Shown: positions 27,001 to 50,400 of the stretch, piece after piece
Layout of the letters: the number at the start of each line of letters is the position of its first letter
Numbering within the stretch: the first letter of the stretch is position 1
Assembly: GCF_052425735.1 (NCBI RefSeq)
Contig: NC_135769.1
Coordinates: forward strand, 11,842,001-11,906,000
Length of the DNA: 64,000 nt
Source: Oculina patagonica
Taxonomy: Eukaryota
Direction of reading: 5' to 3'
Made by a program: the position numbers and the translations under genes
Notes under the pieces: generated by a model
What the model saw: the letters and a program-made list of their open reading frames with translations, nothing else
What the model was told of the DNA's origin: nothing
Databases searched by the model: none

Positions 27001-30000
27001 TTACGATATGTTAAGCTATTACAGCCACGAAAAACTTTATAACTGGCTTCACGAGTTCCAACTAACATTTTTCACACGTGAGCGGCGATGTTGGCGGTAA
27101 AATTACTGTAGTTATGTTTGTCACGTTTGAGCACGTTGGCGAGACTCGAGCCGTAGAAATCGTAACACTGATTACGAATCCAGCGTCAAAATTAGAAATG
27201 AGCGAAAAAGAGCTATTTCATTCCGCTCAAAATAGTACTAATGGGTAAAAAATCTAGCTGAACGGCAAATAAACTTCTCGTTGATTAGAAGCCGACATTT
27301 GCATAAATCACAACTTTGTCGGCGTTCGTCGCCCGAAAGATAACACATTCCCCGCAAAAAATGTCGCCGATTCCTCAATCTTCTGTGAAACTTTTATTTT
27401 AATAAACGCTCGCACTTAATGTGTTCTTTTTCATAACTTCACATTACAACTTTCAAGCCACGATTCGGCGGCAAGCGTGATGAAAGGTCAAGAAACATAA
27501 CAAGCGTGACCTTTGTTTACACATCGGCGAAGATTCACCGTCAGATAAAGATCTAAAGACAGGAAAACCTCGACGGCAGAAAGATTTCGCTTTCTTCATT
27601 TTCGGGTCATGTTTAAAGCGAGAGTAGTGCTTTTAACAGGCGTCTTATATTAACCTCTGATTTTTTGATGGTGCTTTCATTCACGTTTTGCATTTTTGAT
27701 AAGATAAATTCTTTTGCGACGCGACAAGTTTCGATTCAACAGCTTCTCATGCTAGCACGCACGCAACATTTAATGCAAACCCGTGAAGATGTTGCAGTGT
27801 AACGCAAGTGCTCTGCTTTTGATTTTCGATTTTTGAGTTGCTTTAATTCACCTTTTGCATTTGTGATAGAAAGAATATAATAAAGACCAGCAAAGCGACG
27901 ACTTTCGATTGAAAAGCTCTCTCGAGTTCGCTAGCACGCACATTCATCTCAAATGGAACTTTTCTTACCAGTGAAAAAAGACAAACTGATCGTTGCCAAC
28001 AAATCAGCAATCTTTCTAATCAGGCAAAAACTTCGAATTTTAGTTGACAAAACGGCGAAAACTCTCGCGAGAGATTAATCGTTTTCTCGTAAGATAATTG
28101 CCGTAATTTATGCCAGACATTTCCGCTTCGTTGATTCTCGCGAGACGAGAATCTCGTCTCGCGAGACGAGATTCTCGTCTCGCGAGACGAGAAACTCGTC
28201 TCGCGAGAAACGAGACGAGAGGTGGTAACTTACTTTTGAGCGGTACTGTAAATACATGATACACACGTACCCACACCTGATTGGTATAGCAGGTGCTTAT
28301 GTTAAAATAATATTTAGTATTACTTAATGAAAACAAGACGCAATTTACTATACCTCAAAGCCACAAGTCTTGACAGTAAATGGAAACTTTCTTTGGTTTT
28401 GCACTTGCTGTTTCAGTTCATGCAGTTCATTTAATGCTTGGCGAAGGAGAATTGTATTTTCTTGGGTTTGTCTCACCAGATCAGTGAGCAGCCGTTCTAA
28501 TTTTAAAAAAAGATGCTAAATCATCATTAAGCAAATATAAACAATTACCAATAGTAATTGTTGCCTGTGGAACAGGTTTATATTACCGGTATACACTGCT
28601 ACGAAAATCCCCAAACTGTGGAAAGGGCCCAAATTTTTTCATCACCGCCCTGCCCACTTTCATTGACAAATTCCAGAAATTCCTGTGGCTCGCGTGCTGC
28701 ATCTACTTGTCATCACCGTTGTTGACAGTTGCTCGCTTAAACCACACTGGAAAATTGGTCTTGGTTAAATATACAATGTACTTTTTCCGCATTAGTAACA
28801 TTAATGACAATTTTTTTAATCATTAATAATAAAATTATTTTAAGAAATAGAAAATGGAACATGACTGTTTCTATAAAAAAAAATTGATCATGCAAATGAA
28901 AGAGAAATTTTTAGGACAATTTGATACTATGAAAATCATCAGACTTTGGAATGGGCCTGAATTTCATATCACTGCCCCACCCACTTTGTTCTACTGCCTC
29001 ACCTTCTTTCATCGACCAGTGAATTCTGAACTGTTGTTTTTTTGCGTTAAATTTGCAACTCCGAAATTACAATTAGGATCATCATGTTGAATAAAGCGTT
29101 TAATAAACGGTTGGTATTTAAGAGTTGGTAGAAGTGCAATTCAATGAAAATTCAGTTAAAAAAGAGTTATTTATTTCCTTTTAGTGGTAAGTGTTGAAAG
29201 ATTGGTCTATATTGGTTGCATACCTGTAGAAGGAATAGCAGCTATAACAGTAAATTGTTGGCCATTGGTAGCTGAACTTGACGGCACTGGAGAGTTCTGT
29301 GCAATGGATGATGATCCAAGAACAACAGCTGAATCATTAAGAGTTCCACGGGAAGCAACAGGGCACTTACTTGCAACATCTTCATTTGCCTTCAAAATAA
29401 TTATACAGGAAGTTAACACTAATTAGACATAAATTTGTAAACTGTAGAATACAATTTCTCAAACTTCCTGCGAAAACAAAAATGCTATGAGGAATCAGGA
29501 GGGCCAAGAAATTTTATTAGGGGTAAAAAATATCACAAAAGGTACTTTTCAAAGGAACGAAAATGAGTTCAAGAAATTGGGAGTTTTGAGAAACAAAGGA
29601 TTCAAAAAAAATTATTGGGATTCTAGTGTATCTCAGTTGGCACTGTATAATTATATTGTTGGTGTTATTCACTGAATACATTTTTTGTGGGATAAATTAA
29701 CCTCCCCTCCTCTTGAACTTACTGCACTTTTCAATAACATGCAAACTCTGAAATTCAAAACCCATCTACAATGTTTGCACTTTAAGCTGATCAATACCAA
29801 TCATAATTTTTTTTTTGATTAAATTTATTTTATTTATTTTTTTTTATTAGTGTTGATAGTATTTACAAGATTAAGTTACAGTAGACCATACAGCGTACAT
29901 ATAACAGAAGCGTTTTACAGGATGTTGAGATTAGCTACTTGAGATTATAATTTTATGAACAATGCATATACATGTAACTATCATATTTAGTTACAATAAA

Positions 30001-31250
30001 AGAAAAAAAAATTACAAGAGATTTCCGTATGTTTGATTGAACTTATTAAGACAGTTATTTTGTATGGCAATTTCTCTTTGTATATTAAGTTTGTCCATTA
30101 AGAGTGCGAGAAAGCTGTTGAAACATAATTTTTCGTCGTGTAATACCAATCATAATTACATGTAAAACAACAACCAACAGACCAGGCTGGAAAAATGAAA
30201 CAAACAACCCACTGAAGTAAAAACTTCTTTGTTTTGCGAGACTTACGTGATGCGTGAAGAATTACAGAGTTTGTATGTTGTTGAAAAGTACAAAAAGACG
30301 TTATAAACATTTTTTGGGGGGCGGGGGGCATAACTCACCCACCCTCCCCCCCCAAAAAATTGTAATTTCCTACCCTCCCTCATCTATCTCCCCAAAAAAT
30401 CCTTCACTTCTCCCTGCTCTTTTGTTCTTGAGTACATGTACCAGTAACTACTGCCCCCCCTAACCATGCCCTACCCCCTACCCCATGATGGCTACAGTAT
30501 ACATGTAGTTCATGGGACACTGTACATTAAGTTGCAAAAACTTTGTCAAATGCTCCAGGTGGGTAACAGTTGGGATGCTTGAAGATGAAATTACGGAATT
30601 CAAAGATGAAAGGCTTATTGAAAGAAACACACTTGACGCTGCACTATCTTATCTTGGAAATCGAAGTGCACTAATTAAAAATTAACACTGTACCTCAAGT
30701 TGTTCATATTCTTGGAAATATGATAAGCTTATGTTCATCATCATCATCATCATCATTTTATCAAAAAAATGTTCCTAAATGAACTTGACAGAACGGCAAC
30801 TATAGCTACATATATGTCCTGAGTAAACCCATCAAATTGTGTACAACTATCACGTTTCTTACTAAAGAAGCTCGATCGTGTATTCGATTTCACAAAAACA
30901 AACGTCGCTGAAATCCATGCTTACCGTAAGCTTATATTGCAGCAGTAATAAAACAAGTAAATCTCTGAATAAATTTAGGAATTAGTACCAAATACGAGTA
31001 AAACTTAACCTTATAATTACAAGCTTAACTCATGTACAACACAAGGTTGTGAATCGCCGATACTGTATTTGCCAGATGTTGGTTGGCAAGGGCATTCCAT
31101 TGAGAACGATATGGGAGCCATATTGGTGGAACTATGAGCTAATGTTATACTGGACAAAACAAAGCATCTTCGTTATGCGATGATCGAAAATGTTACCTCA
31201 GTATTGCTTTCTAAGTCCACCTCATCATCGTCAAAGTTCAAAGTTGTCAT
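24042..31250 (-). CDS. Uncharacterised protein, 283-310 aa (acidic N-terminus, Ser-rich linker, coiled coil, probably helical C-terminal domain); exons 31250-31197, [30774-30694 optional], 29389-29224, 28496-28354, 25867-25787, 25414-25298, 25004-24888, 24215-24042
   Basis: Seven or eight GT-AG exons join into one open frame: MTTLNFDDDEVDLESNTE...ERLLTDLVRQTQENTILLRQALNELHELKQQVQNQ...YCKEKYTLWRADIRKKVLNRKL...AMLLRKFANENGYFEESTKPDFWDKFVDF...TSH*. The 5' exons are less certain than the 3' ones. Confidence 0.75.
24221..24712 (-). mobile_element. 5'-truncated LINE (CR1/L2-group ORF2 C-terminus, 3' UTR and tail)
   Basis: ORF 24393..24710 reads GW..L...KAIMMYKTLHGLTPEYL...LRD...LPQPRT..LKRTFSYSGAQLWNSLP.EL...SLNDFK, followed by AATAAA and a (TCCTA)n tail. 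Confidence 0.85.
26002..26229. mobile_element. Short Kolobok-like non-autonomous element
   Basis: TTAA|AGGACCCTAGTCAGCC ... GGCTGACTAGGGTCCT forms a perfect 16-bp TIR. The right-hand TSD is not intact. Confidence 0.7.
26269..28248. mobile_element. 1.98-kb non-autonomous Tc1/mariner-type element with TA TSD
   Basis: TA|CAGTACCGCTCAAAAGTAAGTTACCACC ... GGTGGTAACTTACTTTTGAGCGGTACTG|TA, a perfect 28-bp TIR. Subterminal TCTCGCGAGA arrays. No transposase ORF. Confidence 0.9.
29809..30141 (-). mobile_element. 5'-truncated L1/Tx1-like retrotransposon insertion with 16-bp TSD
   Basis: AATACCAATCATAATT at 29793-29808 and 30142-30157. A-rich tail on -. Open C-terminus HDEKLCFNSFLALLMDKLNIQREIAIQNNCLNKFNQTYGNLL*. 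Confidence 0.8.
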
Positions 31251-31635
31251 CCTTTAAGGCAAAACCGAGAAACTCTTCTGCAAAATCGAGACAGTGCTCC
31301 TTTTTCTGCCGAATGTTCGGCATCGGCAGAAGATCGGGAAATAACGAGGTCTTGACGGCTGGTTACGGAGATTTTCCGAACATACAAGGTAGCGCAAAAA
31401 TGTAAAACAATTGAAAAAGAACGGCTTGTGATACTAGATTCCTTCTTTTTTTGTAATATTGCATGTAGTTTCGTACGACTAACTGCAACTGCAAAAGGTT
31501 ACAGCACTTTGTTTAATTTTCTGTATCTTTGCGAGCTCGCTTCGCAAAAACATCGGAAAGTTTATTTTATCGGAAATCTTCCCGCAGAGCTAACCGAGTA
31601 AACTGGGTACTAGACGACCTCTTCAAGCGTTCAAA
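31251..31635. promoter_or_regulatory. Probable bidirectional promoter between the uncharacterised gene and RUVBL2
   Basis: Divergent ATGs about 385 bp apart. YY1-like CAAAATGGCGGC overlaps the RUVBL2 start. TTCCCGC at about 31579. Confidence 0.55.
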
Positions 31636-42494
<10,859 letters not shown>

Positions 42495-43320
42495 TATAAT
42501 TCCCTTCCCAGTGTACATTGCGTGTTTTAGTTTGTTCCCAAATCTCTCGAAGACTTGCGCGGCGCTCGTGAACTTTTGAAAGGACATTATTAGAAACAAA
42601 CTGGCAGCCAACGAAAGATTCATATAGCTTTGGTTAGTTTACTTATAAGTTAAGTGAAATTGCAGGAGTAAGTTTATTTTATCAACGAAGGGCATGATAA
42701 CCAAGTGAATTTTAAAAGTACAAAGCTGTTTCGATGTAGATGCTACAAGCGTCGCAATGTTGGCTGTTAATTCTGTGGAAATCACACAATTATTATCTCG
42801 CTTTACATATTAATCTGTGTTTATTTATGTCATATGGTTTGTAGCTTGTGTCATCGATGGTTATTTGTAACAAAAATCAGCACCTTACGTAACTGTAGTC
42901 TTGCGTTGTCTTTTATATCTCAGCTCCTCTCTCTTCAACTCACTGCTTCCCCGTTTTAATTTTTCGCTTCCCCTAACAGTACGTTTTGGAGTGATTTCTT
43001 TGTTTCTTAACCCAAGGAACCCGCAAGCGCTCCCGTCTCTCTCCACCTTTTTTTCTGTAGGAAAATTTACAGACTGATGTTTAGAACTTGAACAATGGCC
43101 TATTTATAAACTATACTGGAATTTTGGTATTACTCAAAAAAACTGACCATCTTACTCGTAACCGGTGTATTAATCGCAAGTAAAAATTCCCAACATTTTT
43201 GATGTTAGGCCTCGTTAACACATTACATGTGCAGGCCAAGCGAATGCAGCTACAATGTTGTATTGGGCCGTTGAAAAGCTTTAAATGACGACCACTTGCG
43301 CTTGAGTAGCAGCTCTTGTA

Positions 43321-43430
43321 CAGACTCGTACCCAGTCGTCGCTTATTTATTCGCAAAGGAATCTGAGAAGACGCGTACAGGCGCGAACTTGCTAAATCGT
43401 AAATAGGAAAAGCGACTGGGTACGAGTCTG
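43321..43430. mobile_element. 110-bp MITE with 18-bp TIR and 9-bp TSD (one mismatch)
   Basis: GCTCTTGTA|CAGACTCGTACCCAGTCG ... CGACTGGGTACGAGTCTG|GCTCTTCTA. Confidence 0.85.
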
Positions 43431-43442
43431 GCTCTTCTACTG

Positions 43443-43591
43443 GCCCCAGCTGTTCGAAGAGTGGATAACGCTATCCACCGGATAAAACACTATCCAATGG
43501 ATAGTAGCAAAGTAAGTTTTGTATAACAGTTATCCACTGGATGGCGATTTATCCGGTGTATAGCGTTATCCACCCTTTGAACAACTGGGCC
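43443..43591. mobile_element. Harbinger-like palindromic MITE with CTG TSD
   Basis: GCCCCAGCTGTTCGAAGAGTGGATAACGCTATCCACCGGATAAA is mirrored by TTTATCCGGTGTATAGCGTTATCCACCCTTTGAACAACTGGGCC. Confidence 0.8.
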
Positions 43592-44431
43592 CTGGTTCCT
43601 CAACTGTAGTAGTTGCTAATGTTAAGGGGCTAGAGGCATTGCTCCTGTTGTTTGTTGTATTGTTCTCTCGAAGGGTGGCAAGCCATTCCTGTGATACCTG
43701 GGGAGAACTGCTAGCGCCGACCCGACTTGAATCAAACCTTCGCTCAACATTTCCCGCAGGGTGGTCAAACGTTGGAACAAATTACGGGGACCGTTTGACC
43801 AGGCCTGAAAAACGAGCACAGAAAATTGCCATGGGTGCTGTAATTTTAATCGAGCGGATTTAAAGTAATTATTCAACATCGTATTTCTTACTGATTTTTT
43901 CACGCTATATGCTTCCTCTTTGAAAATGGCGGCTGCGACTGTGAAATCTCGCTAGGGAGATTCTAATGACAGCGGAATTTTCAGATACACACACATGCGT
44001 ACATATCCTTACCAAAAAAAATCAGTTCTATTTAATTTTACTATTTCATTTAATTTGTTTGTTTTCGAATTCTTTCTTTCTTTTCTTTCGTTTTGATTTT
44101 GCACAAGAATTTCGCGCGCCCTAAAATCATTTTCCCGCCAATATTGCCCGTACGCGTCGTGGCAGCCGCTTCAACTTTCCCGCCAATCGAAAACATTACA
44201 TTGTACAGACATTGTACATCTAAAAGAAAAACAACGAATCTTTGCTGCGCTTTCAACTCGAATTTTTCGCCTCGGATAAAGATGATGTTTACGGTTCAAA
44301 TACTGCATGAAGAAATGCAATATCGTCCTCTCAAAATATGTGAGTGATCACACTTTTGAAAACTATCGCCTCATTTCGGCTTTCTTGTGAAGGTTTTTCA
44401 GCTGGAGGTAAACAGGAGAACCTAAAGCGAC

Positions 44432-47400
44432 ATGTCAGCAATGAGACAAGCAAAATACAGTAAGTATAAAAATGTAAGAACTTCTTCAGACAAATTGTGT
44501 AAAAAGACGACTTTTTGCATTGTTAAACAAGGATCCTTTTATTTCAACACTTAACGATGGGAAGAAACAAATGGATAATTTCTAAACAAGTATCGCAAAT
44601 GCTGTTGACTGCAGATCTTTATAATCAAAGCTTGTAAGCTAAATATAAATTTGTTTTTGATAAATTTTAGCCTTCCATTTCAGTTTTTTAGGCCATGTAG
44701 TTTTTGAAGTATAAAACAAATTGATATTTTCTTTCTACGAAACTTTCAAAGGGAAAGTACAAATTTTCCGGAAACCATTCAGAAAGCTTCGTGAAGGTTT
44801 TCCGAAGTTTATACAATTGCAATGATGTCACTCTCGGTTATAAACTGAAGAAATAATGTGAGATAACCATACGTCAAGACCGTCTTTTCCCAGTTTAGCA
44901 ACATCAATATGGAATCTCAAAAACATTAGGGGAAGGTCTTGTTGGGAAAAATTTCAGTGAGACGACTATTAAATTGTTAGACACTGACACTGATTACTAC
45001 AACATTCGAGTGAAAGTTAATATCCCCTCTACTATCCTCAAAATTAGACATGATAGTTTTGTTCTTTTTCTCATCAAAAAGGCTTTGAGCTGGACACATC
45101 CACATCTGGGACAGGCCCTGGTGTTCAAGGGTCAGCTTCGACAAGCTCATTCCTCAGTGGGGGCTCTGTAACTGGCTTCCAACTACCTGGCCCAAGCACT
45201 TCCTCGAGGACTCTCTCTGCCAACAACTACTCTAGGTCTGTTTGAAACTATGACTTCCTATATTATTTAAATCTGTTAGATAAATCTTGTCCAGTTATAA
45301 ATAGTCACGACAAAAAAAAATATAGTTGAAGATAAAAGGATTGTAAAGAATTAAATTGCTAACAGTGAGAAAATTGTGACAAGAGAACATTTCAACAGCG
45401 TTTTAAATTAGCATGTTTCAATGTATATGAACAAATTCGTTTATCTTGAATTAGTGCATTGCAGCCCACACGCAAACATTTGCATACCACAGACGAACGA
45501 AGCAGGGCCTATGTTAAAAGAAGAGAACACTAATTTGTTTAAGTTTTAAAAATGATAACAAGTCAGCCGGGTCACCCTGCTATACGAGCAGAGCCCTTTC
45601 TATTCCACTGATATACTTGATATACTTTCTACTCCCCAAATATCAACCGCAGGGATGTTAAAAGAGAGCCCGCTCGCAGAGAGCAGCCGGGTATAATCAG
45701 TTTATAATATATTCTACCTCTTTTAATAGCTCCTCGTGTTTCTTTCAATAGCTCCAGTAGAGCACAGACACCAGGTGCCTCTCTCAGGACACCTGCTCCA
45801 GGGCCTAGCCTTGTTACTTCAAACAGTACCTCCCGCAGGACTCCTAGTTCACGCCGTACCCCACACATCTCAAGCGTCACTCCCGGAATGCCACCCTCTT
45901 CTGTAGTAGTTGGTAAGTGGAGAAAATATATATGTCCCACAGGCAAAACAACTGTATTTTTTCTAGATTCCGTTAGTTATAGATTATAGGTGGCTCTTTT
46001 CAATAGGTCCTCAAAGAGGACTTGGAGCAGAGCTTGCGTGGCCAAATTATAGTTTTTGAAGAAAATGTGTTCCGATTGTGTTAAGTATTGTGGATATAGC
46101 TAAGTTGAAATGTTTTGGGTTTCGCAACACATATCAACCTAACTTATTCTTCTATTTTCAAGCAATCGTCGAAGGGCGTGGTCTCGCAAAAGGGGAGATT
46201 GGCATGGCCAGTATTGATCTAAAGAAACCAGAGCTTATCCTATCACAGGTCAGCCATTAATACATCTCGCATTATTCATTCATTCATTTATTTATTTACA
46301 AGTTTATCTTTGCAGTGTAATATCTCTTACAATCGTTTATCTTTATACAAGTTTTCAGATAACCAGACTTACGTAAAGGTCTTAACAAGACTGCAGATTT
46401 TGGAGCCCTTGGAAGTACGTTATGAACTAAAGTGTATATGTTGCTATGGTTTATTCGATTCAAACCGTCACACAATGAATTTTCTAATTAGTACCTTATA
46501 TTTATAATACAAATATTTGGATGTTGTAATAAACAAGAAACGGAAGCACGTTATATTCTCATTTCTTCTTTATTTACTTACCACAGTACTAAAGGAAGTT
46601 GTCTTTTTGTACCTGTGTCAAAAGGTGTATAGAAAATTGGAAAAAAACAATAGAACTCTTCCCATGCACTCAAAACTGGTCTAAAAAAATGTGCGACATT
46701 TCCGGTTTTTAACCAACAATAAATGGCTGTCCCCATTACACATAGTCTGTGAAAGCAAGCGACAGCTAGAAGTATGTTCACGTTCGTAGGCAACATTACT
46801 CAGTTCCCCAGTTATAAATTTCCCAAAATCCTAGAAACTTATGGGTCGTATGCATGCTTTCCATGCGTTTTTCTTCTATTCTCTTCTTGTAAACGTGTTT
46901 CTTGTTTATCAGAGTTCATTTCTCATTTTGCTGCTTTGTTAATTGTATGCCAGATCATCATGCCCAATACAGCGTGTGAAAATCCTTCTACTCTGTTCAA
47001 GTTCCTAAGCGACCAGCTCCCGTACGCAAACCTATCATCTGTCCAAAGAAAGTATTTCAACGAAGCAAAAGGTAACCATCAGTTTCCTATACACAGCAAA
47101 GTCAAATGCCACCTGCTTACATTGTGTTATCCAAACATTATTAATATTTTAAAAGATAAGGATCAGCCCTAGTATAAATAAAGGAAAAAGCGACCAGTCC
47201 GTTAGTTTGGCCGTTTAGTTATAATTCAGTATTATTATAGGGTAGCGATTTGTTTGACGATGTCATTCTTGCAGGTTTAGAGTATGTAAAACAACTGTGT
47301 GTTCCTGAGTACAACACCGTAGAAATGGAGGTGGCTTCAAAGTAAGTTGGCGTAAAAAAAAAAACCATTCTACCAACACTTTTCGCAACACATAAGTCGC

Positions 47401-50400
47401 TGAACTAGTGAATTAGTACATCAGGTTGTTTGTAAAATATTAATATAAGTGTTTTCTGACAAGTTTTTTTTCTGTTTCAGGTATTACTGCCTAGCAACGG
47501 CTGCCGTGAGTTTTTTGAAACGATAATTAAATATTTTTAATCTCTCATATCGTAACACGATTTCAACTTTAAAAGTCTAAAGGGTTCGTTTGAGGGTTCA
47601 TAAGGATCTGCACTGTGTCAAACTTGGAGGAAAGAAAAATCATTTTTATTCCATTTATGTTAACAAATCAAATTCGTATCGTCATACGTCAGTGGGTTAT
47701 TGCAATATCACCTCGGATTTCTCGTTGTCCTCAGTCGAGGCGGAACACGTTTGGAGTAAAGTGGAGGCGCACACAGCGTCTAAGGTTCTTATTTACGTTC
47801 GTCAGTGACAGCTCAAAGCGGCGGAATGCTAAGTTGACAATAATTCATTTGTGGGAAACAAATATCCTTTGATCTTGTAATTTTACAGGCTTTGCTTAAG
47901 TATGTGGAGTTTATACAAAACATTGTTTATGCTCCTGGTTCTGTAAAAGTCGTTTACAAAGGAAGCGAAAAGACTGCAATTGTAGGTAAGTTTTCCTTAG
48001 CCTGTAACACAGGGGTAGATTACAATATTTACCGTGGTTTTCTCTGGTCAGGTGATAAGCTACAAAATGAGCATGTTAAAACTTCCATCATGTTGTTTTA
48101 GTTATGTCTTTTACCAGTATGTAAGTTTATGTTATCCCAAATACAGCAGTTTGTTGAATTTTTTGTAGATGCCTCTACTATTAAGAATTTGGAGTTAATT
48201 CAGAATGCCAGGGACCCTGAAAGCGGTCACTCGCTTTACGGAGTTCTGAATCACACTAAGACAGCTGGAGGAGGTAAATGATAACTCATTTTCACTGAGT
48301 ATGGTGCTTTTACTAGTATTGTTTAGTACTCCTTATCTTGATTGCAAGAAATGGTTTTTTTTACAGCTCGTCTGTTGAGATCAAATGTTCTTCAACCTCC
48401 GTGTGGTAAGTATATTGATTTCAGTCTCGTTTCCAAGAACCTTCTACACACCCTCCTTTCAAAAGCACCTTTGAACTATGTGATTGTCCCTGTTGTCGCA
48501 TTTTTGCAACATTCTTAGCACTCAGTCGCACCATTCTTGACTCCAATGCTCTTTCGCGCATGTCATCACTTCAGATCGAAGCCTAAGATCTGGGTTCGAG
48601 AATGTCAGTCGCATAAGAGAGCATAATTAACAATTATTCTGCGAAATTGCGCGGAATATCGCCTGGTACTTAGCTGACGAGGCCGTAGGCCGAGTTGGCT
48701 AAAATCAGACGATATTCCGCAAGATTGAGCAGGATAATTGTTTTATTATTCAACAAATTGTCAACCAAACACATTTCGTAGATAGAAAAACTGTAATTAT
48801 GCAGCGCTTTACAAGATTTCGGACGAATCTTCGCAACCTACGTATATCGCAGGATATCTGTTATGTACGGATGACAGATAACGTTAACATTTTGACCATA
48901 TATGGGCAGCGCGCGCATCTGTTGAATAATAAGACCAAGTAGCCTGCGAGCAGGCGCACGTTTGGGGATACACGCGCGAGTGGCAAAGCGGCGAGGAGAA
49001 AACTGGGGAGAAAGCGCGAAGAAAGTTGGTCACTTTTCTCACGTCTCGTAGGCCCTCGCGTGTATCCCTACTCACAGGGTGGGGAAAACCAAGAGAAGGA
49101 ACCTCACATCCCCAAGAAAATCATTATCCCTTTATTTTTAGATGAGATCGTTACACTGATCACTGATCACTGAGACACTGAATTAGAAGAGGGAGTCGTA
49201 TTTGACAGCTTTACTCACTTTATTGACAGTCCTGTCCTGGCCATGCAAGGGTCTTTGAATTAAAAGAAGTGCACTGAGGCTTAAGCTGAGGGACAAGCAT
49301 GATGTTCTTTGATGAAGGTATTAAGTCAGTGCCCCCACACTAGAAATGCTTACTTTTTTTCGTTATTCTCGCAGATGCAGAGACTACAAATGTACGTCTG
49401 CATTGTGTGGCAGGTATGTGGTAGAAAACGAGTCATATATAGAGATGAAACAAATGAACTGAATGTAGACAGGAATCGTTACTTTGATTTCAAATACCCT
49501 AAAATCACATCAGGTTGTTCGATGTTTTCGTTTGGAAAACTCTCTTTTTGTTTTGCAGAATTGACAGATAAGGAGGTATGATGACTGATGCTTTTCGTTG
49601 GGTGGTAACAGAGTATATGCTTCTTCTTGACCTTTTCACTTGCTGTGCCTATGTAATGAGTTTTAACTTAGTCCAAGTTTACTCTTAACTTTTTTTACGT
49701 CTCTTTGCTATTTAGGATCTCTTCTATGGATTACAGTCCGGTAAGTTAAGTATCAAATTTCTGTTCAGGTGTAACCTTGAACACATGCATGCTAAAGTAT
49801 TGTCCAAGCAACTGGACAACTAAACCCTAATCCACATAGCGTTATATACCACCAAGAGAAAATTACTTGTATTTCTTTGTCGTGTTTCTTTTTGCCAAAT
49901 CAAGGTTGCTTTTATTTATTTGTTTGTTTGTCTATTTGTTTGCTTATATTTTTTGTTTTGCCATATCATCATGCACATTTTCTTTTTTAACTTGGCAGTG
50001 GTAGGCCGGTTCTTGGATATTGACCACTTAACGTCCATGTGCGTTCAACTTCCCAAACAAGAAACAGTCAAAACGGCGGAGTCCAAGATCACTACTGTCA
50101 TCTACTTGAAGCACACTCTGGAGCTGGTCGAGCCTCTCAGGTTGGCTCTCAAGGACACAGAAGCGGAACTTTTCAAAGCCTATTACGAGGTAAATCTAAT
50201 TCGGAGCTTGATACTTTTACTATAACAACTTTTACAGAAATTAGCGTGTCGATCCCAGTCGTTCTCACTCGATAACTGTTCAAGAAACCTCACTTTATCT
50301 CTCTTCCGTTCATTTTACGCGGTTGTTCTCAGCTTATACGCCTATTATTGTCTTAAACCACTAAAATTCTGGAATTTATAAAACCTTGATGCTTCCTAAG

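Noticed and set aside
28130-28220. Regular palindromic 21-bp repeats resembling a CRISPR array
   Set aside because: No unique spacers, no cas genes and a eukaryotic context. They are subterminal repeats of a TIR element.
43622-43903. ORFs and a minus-strand acceptor between RUVBL2 and MSH4
   Set aside because: I could not build a multi-exon model or recognise a domain. At most a divergent non-coding transcript.
44282-44401. Upstream ATG exon extending MSH4
   Set aside because: Splicing 44339 to 44402 puts the upstream ATGs I tested out of frame with MSH4, and they hit stops. More likely 5' UTR with uORFs.
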